From the NCBI GenBank assembly GCA_963734465.1, contig CAVTHL010000014.1, positions 26,440-90,439 of the forward strand: DNA of 64,000 nt, in the 5' to 3' direction. This DNA comes from an uncultured Alphaproteobacteria bacterium (GTDB taxonomy: Bacteria > Pseudomonadota > Alphaproteobacteria > Rhizobiales > Xanthobacteraceae). This document shows positions 46,415 to 57,138 of the stretch, piece after piece. The position numbers were made by a program, and so were the translations under genes. The stretch's first letter is position 1; each line of letters begins with the position of its first letter. A model generated the notes under the pieces. That model was not told the origin of the DNA. It did not search any database and saw only the letters and a program-made list of their open reading frames with translations.

Positions 46415-47516
46415 AACGAACCAAGCCGCCGTTCCGCGCCGACCACGTCGGCAGTCTGCTGCGCCCGGCGGCGCTGAAGAAAGCGCGCGAGCAACGCGCC
46501 AAGGGCGACATCGGCGCCGCCGAACTGCAAGGCGATCGAAGACCGCGAGATCGAGCGCGTCATCAAGAAGCAGGAAGAGGTCGGCCTGCAATCGATCACC
46601 GACGGCGAATTCCGCCGCTCCTGGTGGCATCTCGATTTCCTCTGGGGCCTCGACGGCGTCGAGAAGCACGTGATGGACACCGGCATTGCCTTCGCCGGCG
46701 TCAACACGCGCAACGAGGGCCTCAAGATCACCGGCAAGCTCGGCTTCTCCGGCCATCCGATGATCGAGCATTTCAAGTTCGTCGCCGCGCACACCAAGCG
46801 CACGCCCAAGATCACCATTCCGTCGCCGTCGGCGGCTTACGGCCGGCCGCTGCCGACGCCGATCGACAAAAACGTCTATCCCAAGCTCGACGCCTTCTTC
46901 GACGATCTCGGCCAGGCCTACAAAAAGGCCGTGCGCGCCTTCGCCGACGCCGGCTGCCGCTATCTGCAGCTCGACGAAGTGTTCATCGCCATGCTGTGCG
47001 ACGAGAACTATCGCGCAGAAGATGAAGGACCGCGGCGACGATCCGGATCGCATGGGCACGCTCTACGGCGATCTGATCAACACGGCGATGTCGGACATCC
47101 CGCGCGACATGACCATCACCATGCACATGTGCCGCGGCAACTATAAATCGACCTATATGGGCTCGGGCGGCTACGAGGCGGTGCAGGAGGTGCTGTTCAA
47201 CCAGATCAAGGTGCACGGCTTCTTCATGGAATACGACACCGACCGCGCCGGCGGCTTCGAGCCGTTGCGCATGGTGCCGAAGGACCGCCAGGTCGTGCTC
47301 GGCCTGGTCACCACCAAGAGCGGCCGGCTGGAGGCGAAGGACGAGATCAAGCGCCGCATCGATGAAGCCGCGAAATATATTTCGCTCGACCAGCTTTGCC
47401 TGTCGCCGCAATGCGGCTTTGCCTCCACCGAGGAGGGCAATACCTTGGCGGAAGACGAGCAATGGGCGAAGCTGCGCATGATCGTCGAGGTGGCCGAGGA
47501 AGTCTGGGGCAAGTAG
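46411..47516 (+). CDS. Short cobalamin-independent methionine synthase II family protein, copy 3 (frameshifts near 46530 and 47020)
   Basis: FRADHVGSLLR, YLQLDE, HMCRGN, MEYD, LSPQCGF. Confidence 0.85.
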
Positions 47517-48431
47517 ATGCCGGGTATCGTTGCGGGGAAAGTCGCCATCGTCACCGGGGGCGGGCGCGGCATCGGCCGCGCCATCGCCGAGCTGATGGCA
47601 AAAGAAGGCGCGCGCGTCGTGGTCTGCGACATCGGCGCGAGCCTCACCGGCGCGGGCAGCGACGCAGGCCCTGCGCAGGAGGCGGTCGCCGCGATCAAGA
47701 AGGCCGGCGGCGAGGCGATCGCCTCGACGTTGTCGATCACCGAGCCGAAGAACGCGGAAGCGATCGTCAAATCCGCGATCGACGCCTTCGGCCGCGTCGA
47801 CATTCTGGTCAACAATGCCGGCATCCTGCGCGACGTCATCTTCCACAAGATGAGCCATTCCGACTGGTCGGACGTCATCGCCGTGCATCTCAACGGCTCG
47901 TTCAACATGAGCCGCGCGGTCGCCGGCCATTTCCGCGAGCAGGGCTCGGGCTCCTACGTGCACATGACCTCGACCTCCGGCCTGATCGGCAATTTCGGCC
48001 AGGCCAATTACATGGCGGCCAAGCTCGGCATCATGGGCCTGTCGCGCGGCATCGCGCTCGACATGCAACGCTTCGGCGTGCGCTCGAACTGCATCGCGCC
48101 CTTTGCCTTCACGCGCATGATCGAGTCGATCCCGGCGCAGACCGAAGAGGAAAAGCGCCGCGTCGAGCGCTTCCAGCAGATGACGCCCGACAAGATCGCG
48201 CCGCTCGCGGTCTATCTCGGCTCCGACACGGCGGACGGCATCTCCGGGCAGATCTTCGCCGTGCGCAACAACGAGATTTTCCTGTTCAACCAGCCGCGCC
48301 CGATCCGCGTCATGCACCGCTCCGACGGCTGGACGCCGGCGCGCATCGCCGAGCAGCTCAAAGGCGCCTTCGGCCCCTCGCTCACGCCGCTCGATCGTTC
48401 GAGCGATGTGTTCTCGTGGGATCCGATCTGA
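47517..48431 (+). CDS. SDR oxidoreductase (MFE-2-like (R)-hydroxyacyl-CoA dehydrogenase)
   Basis: TGGGRGIG, NNAGILRD, GNFGQANYMAAK. Confidence 0.85.
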   Translation: MPGIVAGKVAIVTGGGRGIGRAIAELMAKEGARVVVCDIGASLTGAGSDAGPAQEAVAAIKKAGGEAIASTLSITEPKNAEAIVKSAIDAFGRVDILVNNAGILRDVIFHKMSHSDWSDVIAVHLNGSFNMSRAVAGHFREQGSGSYVHMTSTSGLIGNFGQANYMAAKLGIMGLSRGIALDMQRFGVRSNCIAPFAFTRMIESIPAQTEEEKRRVERFQQMTPDKIAPLAVYLGSDTADGISGQIFAVRNNEIFLFNQPRPIRVMHRSDGWTPARIAEQLKGAFGPSLTPLDRSSDVFSWDPI

Positions 48432-48433
48432 CG

Positions 48434-49295
48434 ATGGCCATCGTCTACGACAAGCTGCTCGCGCTCAAAATTCCCGAGATCGAGCACAGCTATGGCCCCA
48501 AGGACGTGATGCTCTACGCGCTCGGGCTCGGCCTCGGCCAGGATCCGATGAACGAAGACGAGCTCGCCTTCGTCTACGAGAAAAATCTGAAAGTGCTGCC
48601 GACCTTCGCGCTGGTGCAGGGCTACACGCCCTATTGGCTGCGCAATCCGGACAGCGGCGTCACCTGGAACAAGGTGGTGCACGGCGAGCAGGCCTTCACG
48701 CTGCACAAGCCGGTCAAGCCGCAGGGCACGGTGATCGGCAAGACGCGCGTGGTCGAAGTCATCGACAAAGGCGAGGGCAAGGGCGCGCTGGTGTTCTCCG
48801 AGCGCCAGGTCATCGACAAGGCGAGCGGCGAATTGCTGGCCGTCCTGAAGCAGACCACGTTCTGCCGCGCCGATGGCGGCTTCGGCGGGCCGGCCCGCGA
48901 GGCGCCAGCGCCGCACGTGCTGCCGGAGCGCGCGCCCGACATCATCTGCGACCTGCCGACACGGCCGGAAATGGCGCTGATCTACCGGCTGTCCGGCGAC
49001 ATCAACCCGCTGCACGCCGAACCCGAATTCGCCAAGGCGGCGGGCTTTCCGCGGCCCATCCTGCACGGGCTTGCCACCTTCGGCGTCGCCGGTCACGCTC
49101 TGCTCAAGTCGGTCTGCGGCTACGATCCGGCGCGGTTGACCGGCATGGCCGGGCGCTTCTCGGCGCCGGTCTATCCCGGGCGAGACCATCCGCACCGAGA
49201 TCTGGCGCGACGGCAATGTGGCGAGCTTCCGCGCCCGCGTGGTCGAGCGCGACGTGGTCGCGATCAACAACGGGCGCGCGGATATTGTCGGGTGA
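48434..49295 (+). CDS. MaoC-family (R)-specific enoyl-CoA hydratase, frameshift near 49180
   Basis: LYALGLG, VHGEQ, YRLSGDINPLH, PILHGL. Confidence 0.9.
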
Positions 49296-49298
49296 GGC

Positions 49299-50462
49299 AT
49301 GAGTAAGAGCGACACCGACCACGCCGATATCCGCGAGGGCGTGCGCGCGCTGTGCGCCAAGTTTCCCGGCGAATACTGGCGCGCGCTCGACCGCGAGCGC
49401 GCCTATCCGAAGGACTTCGTCGCCGCGCTCACCGAGGCCGGCTATCTCGCCGCGCTGATCCCGGAAGAATACGGCGGCAGCGGGCTCGGCATCGGCGCTG
49501 CTGCGGCGATCGTGGAAGAAGTGCATGCCGCCGGCTGCAACGGCGCCGCCTGCCACGCGCAGATGTACACGATGGGCACGATCCTGCGGCACGGCAGCGC
49601 CGATCAGAAGAAGCGCTATCTGCCGAAGATCGCCAGCGGCGAGTTGCGCCTGCAGGCCTTCGGCGTCACCGAGCCGACCTCGGGCACCGACACGCTCGCG
49701 CTGCGCACCACCGCGCGGCGCGAGGGCAACGATCATTACGTCGTCAACGGCCAGAAAATCTGGACCTCGCGCGCCGAGCATTCCGATTTGATGCTGCTGC
49801 TCGCCCGCACCACGCCGCGCGAGCAGGTCAAGAAGCGCACCGATGGGCTTTCGGTGTTCATCGTCGACATGCATCTCGCCGAGACGGCCAACATGACCAT
49901 CACGCCGATCCGCACCATGATGAACCACGCCACCACGCAGATCTTCTTCGACGACCTGCGCGTGCCGGCGGAAAACCTGATCGGCGAGGAGGGCCAGGGC
50001 TTCCGCTACATCCTCTCCGGCATGAACGCCGAGCGCATCCTGATCGCGGCCGAATGCATCGGCGACGCCAAATGGTTCATCGACAAGGCCTCGCGCTACG
50101 CCAAGGAGCGCGTGCTGTTCGAGCGGCCGATCGGGCAGAACCAGGGCGTGCAGTTCCCGATCGCGCGCGCCTATGCGCAGATGCGCGGCGCCGAATTGAT
50201 GGTGCACGAGGCGGCGCGCAAATACGAGGCCGGCGGCGAGATCGGCCCGGAGGCCAACATGGCCAAGCTGCTGGCGGCCGACGCCTCGTGGTTTGCCGCC
50301 GACATGTGCGTGCAGACGCATGGCGGTTTCGGCTTCGCCGAGGAATACGACATCGAGCGCAAGTTCCGCGAGACGCGGCTCTATCAGGTGGCGCCGATCT
50401 CGACCAACATGATCCTCTCGTATCTGGCCGAGCACGTGCTCGGCCTGCCGCGGTCGTACTGA
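49299..50462 (+). CDS. Acyl-CoA dehydrogenase
   Basis: IPEEYGG, VTEPTSGTD, NGQKIWTS, THGGFG. Confidence 0.92.
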   Translation: MSKSDTDHADIREGVRALCAKFPGEYWRALDRERAYPKDFVAALTEAGYLAALIPEEYGGSGLGIGAAAAIVEEVHAAGCNGAACHAQMYTMGTILRHGSADQKKRYLPKIASGELRLQAFGVTEPTSGTDTLALRTTARREGNDHYVVNGQKIWTSRAEHSDLMLLLARTTPREQVKKRTDGLSVFIVDMHLAETANMTITPIRTMMNHATTQIFFDDLRVPAENLIGEEGQGFRYILSGMNAERILIAAECIGDAKWFIDKASRYAKERVLFERPIGQNQGVQFPIARAYAQMRGAELMVHEAARKYEAGGEIGPEANMAKLLAADASWFAADMCVQTHGGFGFAEEYDIERKFRETRLYQVAPISTNMILSYLAEHVLGLPRSY

Positions 50463-50463
50463 G

Positions 50464-51814
50464 ATGCCATTGCCGCTCGAAGGCCTCCTCGTCGTCTCGA
50501 TCGAGCAGGCGGTCGCCGCGCCGCAATGCACCTGCCGGCTGGCCGACGCCGGCGCGCGCGTGATCAAGGTCGAGCGGCCGGAGGGCGATTTCGCCCGCCA
50601 TTACGATTACATCGTGCACGGCGAGAGCGCCCATTTCGTCTGGCTCAATCGCGGCAAGCAGTCGGCGGTGCTGGACCTCACCAAGGACGACGACAAGAAA
50701 CTGCTCGAGGCCATGCTCGCCAAGGCCGACGTGTTCGTGCAGAACCTGAAGCCCGGCGCGCTCGCCAAGCTCGGCTTTGCCTTCAAGCGCGTGCGCAAGG
50801 ACGAGCGGCGGAAGGCGATTTCGCCGCCATTACGATTACATCGTGCACGGCGAGAGCGCCCACTTCGTCTGGCTCAACCGCGGCAAGCAGTCGGTGGTGC
50901 TCGACCTCACCAAGGACGACGACAAGAAACTGCTCGAGGCCATGCTCGCCAAGGCCGACGTGTTCGTGCAGAACTTGAAGCCCGGGGCGCTCGCCAAGCT
51001 CGGCTTTTCCTTCAAGCGCCTGCGCAAGGATTACCCGCGGCTGATCTGCTGCGCGATCTCCGGCTACGGCGAGAGCGGCCCTTACGCGCAACGCAAGGCC
51101 TACGATCTGCTGATCCAGGCCGAGTCCGGCATTTCCTCGGTGACGGGCGTGGCGGAGGCGCCGGCGCGGGTCGGCGTTTCCATTGTCGACATTGCCGCGG
51201 GCCTGGAAGCCTACGAATCGATTCTGGAAGCGCTGATCGCGCGCGGCCGCAGCGGGCAGGGCGCCGAAATTTCCATCTCGATGTTCGACGCCATGGCGGA
51301 ATGGATGACCATCCCGCTGCTGAACCAGGAGCACGGCGAGCCATTCAAGCGCATCGGGCTCGCGCATCCCACGATCGTGCCCTATGGCGTGTTCAAGACG
51401 CGCGATGGCGCCGACATCCTGATCGCGATCCAGAACGACCGCGAATGGCGCGTATTGGCCGACAAGGTGCTGGGCGACGCCGCGCTCGGCACGAACGAGA
51501 AATTTGCGACCGTGCCGAGCAGGCTGGCGCATCGGGACGAGACCAATACCAAGGTCGCCGCCGTCTTCTCGGCCCATGACGTCGAACCGTTGATGAAGAC
51601 GCTGGCCGCCGCCGACATCGCCTTCGCGCGCGTCAACGATTCAGAGTTGCTCGGGAAACATCCGCATTTGCGGCGCATCACGGTCGGCACGCCGAGCGGG
51701 CCGGCGAGTATCCCGGCGCCGGCGCCGCAGCGCGCCAACGAGACGAGGACCTACGGCCCGATCCCGGCGCTGGGCGAACACACCGAGCGGATCAAAAAGG
51801 AATTCTTGTCGTGA
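50464..51814 (+). CDS. CaiB/BaiF family III CoA-transferase carrying an internal ~230-bp duplication
   Basis: EQAVAAP, VIKVERP, NRGKQS, ISGYG, AYDLLIQAESG, PALGEH. Confidence 0.85.
50565..51030 (+). repeat. Direct tandem duplication (unit ~231 bp)
   Basis: 50571-50800 repeated at 50802-51029; CAAGG at 50565, 50796 and 51025. Confidence 0.9.
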
Positions 51815-51819
51815 GAGCG

Positions 51820-52910
51820 ATGGCACGCGCCGTGGCGGCTCTCGCTTGCGTCTTGCTTGCGACGCTCTTTCACGGCGTGGTTTCGGCCGCGCCAAACGAG
51901 CCCGCCACGCTCAGCAAACCGCAGTTGGATGCGCTCACGACATATAACGACACGGTGAACGCGTTTAAGGCGGTCTTGCGCGAGCGGCGCGCGCAGATCG
52001 ATGCGCATGAAGAGTTGCCGGACTTGCCGGGGCAGGCCCTCTATGTCGCGCGCATCAACATGATGAGCGCCTACAAGGACCTCACCGACGCCGTCCCAGC
52101 CAGGATCGGACGGCCCAATAAATTCGGCATTCCGCCGGCCTATTTCGATGCCGACAGCGAGCCGCTGATCGATGAATACCGCAATCTCTTCGCCATCATG
52201 GAGGCGCCGCCCGCGAACGCGCAAAACTCCGATACGCCGCTGAAAGACGTCGTCGACCTCTCGCGCGCAATCGCGCGGGCCAAAGGCCTCGATGCGGCGA
52301 ATGCCGACGCGGCGGGGCTCATCGGCCTCGGCATCTTCTTTGCCGAGACAAACGGCCATCAGAACATCGGCAATGCGCGCTCGAACAAATACAAAGGCAG
52401 CCTGCAAACCGGCATGTCCGAAGACCGCGGCGGGCGAAGGAAGTGGGCGGCGATCAAGAAGGAGATCGCGACCTTCGATCCCGGCGCTGGTCGCGCGCGA
52501 CGACAAGGAACAGGCGCGGGTCGGCGACCTCGATCACCGGCTCAATCATTGGATCGCGGTGCGCGACGGCCTGATGGGCGCGCATGCCGACCTGTTCGCG
52601 CAGATCCCGGCGATCGTGACAATCCTGCCCGAGCCCGATCGACCAGATGAAGTTCTTCGAGCTCATCCAGATCATTCCGACGCCGACGCGGGCGGCGCTC
52701 AAATCGGACAAGCTGCTCGACTACAAAATCTCCGACGCGCGGATCATGAAGTACCTGCGCAACAACAGCATCTTCACCTTCGGCAAGGCCGATCGGGCGA
52801 AAAAATCCGCGACTTTCCGCGAAATCCTCGATGCGATGTGGCTGTTCAACGACAAGTTCGAACAGGCGCTGGCCCGCTTCAACGACATCAAAAACGGGCA
52901 GAAGGGCTAG
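51820..52910 (+). CDS. Secreted hypothetical protein, possibly lysozyme-like fold (frameshifts near 52480 and 52635)
   Basis: Signal peptide; GIFFAETNG...NARSNKYKGSLQ. Confidence 0.65.
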
Positions 52911-52914
52911 CTGG

Positions 52915-54465
52915 TTAGTCCACCACCACCGCGTCTTCTAGGTCCTTTTCGGTGAGCTTGCGTTTGCTGGTGCCGATGATCAGCACCAGCGGCACCATGG
53001 CGAGCGTCAGCACCATCAGCAATTTATAGTCGTTGAGATAGGCGATCATCATCGCCTGCTGGGTGACGATGGCATCGAGCATGGTGCGGCCCATGTCGGT
53101 GTGCACGTTCAGATTCGCCGCCACGTCCGGCATCTGCAGCGCATCGTTGAACGGCGTCACGTATTCGGTGATGCGCGCATGCATCTCGGTGGTCTTGCTG
53201 GTCAGGTTGGCGATCACCATGGAAATGCCGACCGAGGAGCCGATATTGCGCAGCAAGGTGGTGATCGCGGTGCCGCCGTTGCGCATGTTGCCGGGCAGCG
53301 TCGAAAACGCCACGTTCGTGACCGGCACGAACAGCAGGCCAAGACCGACACCCTGCACGATGCTGGTGGTCACGATCGTGTATTGCGTGGTGTCGAACGA
53401 CCAGCCGGTCATCACGTAGAGCGTGCCGCCGGACAGCAGCAGCCCGCACAAAATGAGATAGCGCGATTCCACCATGCGCATCAGCCGCGGCGCCGCCATC
53501 ATGGTGAGCAGCGTGCCGACGCCGCGCGAGCCGAGCAGGAAGCCGGCGGTCTGGATCGGATAGCCGAGCAGCGTCTGCATGAACGGCGTGATCAGCGCCA
53601 TGGTGCCGAACAGCACCACGCCGATCACCAGCATGAACAGGCAGCCGGACACGAAATTGCGGTCCTTGAACATGTCGAAGCGGATGAACGGTTCGGGCGT
53701 GGTCAGCGAGTGCGCGAAGAAATAATAGAAGCCGGTGACCGAGACGATCATCTCGATCCAGATTTCATTGGCGCCGAACCAGCCGACCTGCTCGCCGCGG
53801 TCGAGCAGCAGTTGCAGCGAGCCGATGCCGATGGCGAGCGCGATGAAGCCGAACCAATCGAAACGTAGGTGTTCGTGCCGGTGCGTCTCCTCCATGAACA
53901 GCAGCATGCCGATCACGGTCATGACGCCGATCGGCAGGTTGATCAGGAACACCCAGTGCCAGGAGTAATTGTCGGTCAGCCAGGCGCCCAGCGTCGGGCC
54001 CATGATCGGCCCCAGCATCACGCCGACGCCCCAGATCGCCATGGCGGAGCCGCGCTCCTCCACCGAATAGGAATCGAGCAGCACCGATTGCGACAGCGGC
54101 ACCAGCGCGGCGCCCGCCATGCCCTGCAGCAGGCGGAACAGCACCATCTGCTCGATGTTCTGCGCCAGCGCGCACAGGAACGAGGCGACGGTGAAGCCGG
54201 CGACGCAAATGATGAACAGCTTCTTGCGGCCGAAGCGGTCGGCCAGCCAGCCGATCGGCGCCGTCATGATGGCGGCGGCGACGATGTAGGACGTGAGCAC
54301 CCAGTTGATCTGGTCGAGCGAGGCCGACAGCGAGCCCTGCATGTAAGGCAGCGCGACGTTGGCGATGGTGGTGTCGAGCGCCTGCATGATGGTCGCCGTC
54401 ATCGCGCACACCGTCACCAGCATGCGCAAGGTTTTCGGCGGCATCGATGCGAAGCGCGGGCTCAT
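52915..54465 (-). CDS. emrB: DHA2 MFS efflux permease
   Basis: LDTTIANVALP, WVLTSY, DRFGRK, WVFLINLPIG. Confidence 0.9.
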   Translation of the reverse strand: MSPRFASMPPKTLRMLVTVCAMTATIMQALDTTIANVALPYMQGSLSASLDQINWVLTSYIVAAAIMTAPIGWLADRFGRKKLFIICVAGFTVASFLCALAQNIEQMVLFRLLQGMAGAALVPLSQSVLLDSYSVEERGSAMAIWGVGVMLGPIMGPTLGAWLTDNYSWHWVFLINLPIGVMTVIGMLLFMEETHRHEHLRFDWFGFIALAIGIGSLQLLLDRGEQVGWFGANEIWIEMIVSVTGFYYFFAHSLTTPEPFIRFDMFKDRNFVSGCLFMLVIGVVLFGTMALITPFMQTLLGYPIQTAGFLLGSRGVGTLLTMMAAPRLMRMVESRYLILCGLLLSGGTLYVMTGWSFDTTQYTIVTTSIVQGVGLGLLFVPVTNVAFSTLPGNMRNGGTAITTLLRNIGSSVGISMVIANLTSKTTEMHARITEYVTPFNDALQMPDVAANLNVHTDMGRTMLDAIVTQQAMMIAYLNDYKLLMVLTLAMVPLVLIIGTSKRKLTEKDLEDAVVVD

Positions 54466-55648
54466 TTGGCGGCGGCTTTAGATTCGTCCTTGAGCGGAGC
54501 CGACATGAACGGGATGCGGCTGTGGCCGGTGTCGATCTCGACGTTCACGCTCATGCCGGAGCGCAGCAGGTGCGTGTTCTCGTCCTTGTCGAAGGCGATG
54601 CGCAGCGGCACGCGCTGCACCACCTTGACCCAGTTCCCGGTGGCGTTCTGCGGCGGCAGGATGGAGAACTGCGCGCCGGTGCCGGGACTCACCGCGACGA
54701 CGTGACCTTTGAAGGTGTGATCGGGGAAACTGTCGACGTCGAGCGTCGCTCTCTGGCCGACGCGCAGATAGGTGATGTCGGTTTCCTTCGGATTGGCCTC
54801 GACCCAGGGCGCCTGGTCGTCGATCACGCTCAGGATCGGCCGCCGGCGGCGATGAAGCGGCCGAGCTGGATGTTGTCGACTTGCGTGGCGGTGCCGGACA
54901 TCGGCGCGCGGATGGTGGTGTGCTCGAGATTGCGCTGGGCGTCGTCGAGCGCGGCCTTGGCCTGGGCGTATTCGGGGAACTCGGCCAGCGGCAGGTCTGG
55001 GTTGTTGAGCAGCTGGTTGAGCGTCGACTCGCGCTGCTGCACGGTGAACTGCGCCTGCAATTGCGCGGTCACCATGTTCGACTCCGCGGTATCGACGTCG
55101 GCGCGCGAGCCGGCCTGCGAATTGACCAGCGTGGTCTTGCGCTCGAGATCGCGCTTCTTCAGCTCGACGTTTTTCTGCGCCAGATCGGCCAGCGTGACGA
55201 GCGATTTCAGGTTGGTCTTGAGCTTGTCGTAATCGCTGCGCGCGGCGTCGAGTTTGCCCTTGGCGGCGTCGAGCGCCAGCTTGTAGGGCAGGGGATCGAG
55301 CGTGAACAGCTCGTCGCCCGGATTGACGTGCTGGCCTTCGACGATGGCGACGTGGATGATCTTGCCGGAGATATCGGGCGTGATCAGAACCTTCTGCGCG
55401 CCGACATAGGCATTGTCGGTGGAGATGTAGCGGCCGCCCATCAGCCAGAACGCGCCGCCGAGCACGATTGCGATCGCCGGCAGCGCGACCAGCAGGATCG
55501 TGCGCAGCTGCTTGCGGTTGGGGCGCTTGCGGCGCGCGCGGTGCGGCGCTTCGCCCGCGGCCTGTTCGCCCGGCCGCGTCTTCGCCTCGACCTTGGTTTC
55601 AGGAACGGCTGCGGGTGCCGGCACGATCTTCAAGTTCTTTTCACTCAT
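54462..55648 (-). CDS. emrA: HlyD/EmrA membrane fusion protein, frameshift near 54840
   Basis: STDNAYV, IRAPMSG, PPQNATGNWVKVVQR. Confidence 0.9.
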
Positions 55649-56121
55649 GACGCTTTAACGCTTTGCTGTTCGGTAGAGTTGCGGGCGATGGCGGCGCGCA
55701 GATTGTCCTTCATCAGCGTGAGGTCGCGCAGCAGCCGCTCGTTGGCCTTGCCGTCGAGCCCGTCGAGCACGGTTCCCATCATGTCGAGACCGAGCTTGCC
55801 GAGCTGCTCGATCAGCGGGCGCGCGGCCGGCGTCAGGTAAAGCCGGTTGGCGCGGCGGTCGTTGGGATCGGCGCGGCGCTCGATCAGCCCGTTCTCGGCC
55901 AGCCGGTCGAGCAGGCGGGTGAGCGAGATCGGCTGCAGGTCGAGGATTTCGGCGAGCTCGGACTGCTTGAGGCCTTCGGAGCGGTCGAGCCGGATCAGCA
56001 CCACCCACTGCGCGCGTGAGATGCCGAACTGGCGGGCGCGCTGGTCGGCGTAGGTCCGCAGCATGCGGGCTACGTCCATGATATTGACGGCGATTTCGCG
56101 GGTGACGGGCTGCTGCGGCAT
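55645..56121 (-). CDS. MarR/SlyA-family regulator of the emr operon
   Basis: ISRAQWVVL, QSELAE, LIERR...DRR. Confidence 0.88.
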   Translation of the reverse strand: MPQQPVTREIAVNIMDVARMLRTYADQRARQFGISRAQWVVLIRLDRSEGLKQSELAEILDLQPISLTRLLDRLAENGLIERRADPNDRRANRLYLTPAARPLIEQLGKLGLDMMGTVLDGLDGKANERLLRDLTLMKDNLRAAIARNSTEQQSVKAS

Positions 56122-56146
56122 TCGGGCTCCTTTATTCAGCCCCGAT

Positions 56147-56166
56147 ATAATAAGCATCCTTATAAT
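56147..56166. promoter_or_regulatory. Putative MarR operator
   Basis: ATAATAAG-CATC-CTTATAAT inverted repeat about 25 nt upstream of the regulator start. Confidence 0.55.
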
Positions 56167-56246
56167 AACGTCAATGGGGTATTGGTGACGCAACGCGCCT
56201 CATCGGGCAAAGTCGCGCCGACCAAAAACAAAGGGATGGAACGACA

Positions 56247-57138
56247 ATGGATATCGGCTTCATCGGGCTGGGCAACATGGGCGCGCCGATGGCGAAGCGC
56301 CTGATCGAGGCCGGCCACAAGCTCATCGTCTACGACACCCGCAACGACGCGGTGGCGCCTTTCGTGGCGATGGGCGCCAAGCTCGCCTCCTCGCCGCAGG
56401 ACGTCGCCGACCGCGTCGAGACCGTGATGGCGAGCCTGCCGTCGCTGCAGATCTCGCAAAAGGTCGCGCTCGGCGAAGGCGGCGTCATCGCCGGCAAGCG
56501 CATCAAGCGCTATGTCGATCTCTCCACCACCGGCTCGCGCGTCGCCGCCGAGATTTTCGCGGAGCTGGCCAAGAAGAACATCGTGCAGATCGATAGCCCG
56601 GTGTCGGGCGGCGTCGGCGGCGCCACCAAAGGCACGCTCGCCGTCATGGTCTCCGGCCCGCAAGCCGACATCGACGTGGTGAAGGACGCGCTCGCGGTGT
56701 TCGGCCGCGTGTTCGTCATCGGCGACAAGCCGGGCATGGCGCAGACCATGAAGCTCGCCAACAATTTCCTCTCCGCCACCGCCATGGCGGCGACCGCCGA
56801 AGCGGTCGCCATGGGCGTCAAAGCCGGGCTCGATCCGAAAGTCATGATCGACGTCATCAATGCCGGCTCCGGCCGCACCACCGCGTCGGACGGAAAATTC
56901 CCGCAGGCGATCCTGCCGCGCACCTTCAACTACGGCTTCGCCACCGGGTTGATGCTCAAGGACGTGCGCCTGTGCGTCGAGGAAGCACGCTCGCTCGGCG
57001 TTCCCGACGAGGTGATGACCGCCGTGCTCGACCAGTGGGAGATCACCAATTCCGAGTTCGGCGGCGAATTCGGATTTCACGATGATCGTGAAGATGATCG
57101 AGAAGCGCGCCGGCGTCACCGTGGGGAAGGCGTCATGA
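56247..57138 (+). CDS. NAD(P)-dependent oxidoreductase (3-hydroxyisobutyrate DH family), frameshift near 57070
   Basis: GFIGLGNMG, DSPVSGG, KLANN. Confidence 0.88.

Noticed and set aside
44191-47516. MetE-like triplet as an assembly-duplicated single gene
   Set aside because: The copies differ extensively at amino-acid level and are joined by proper stop/start overlaps
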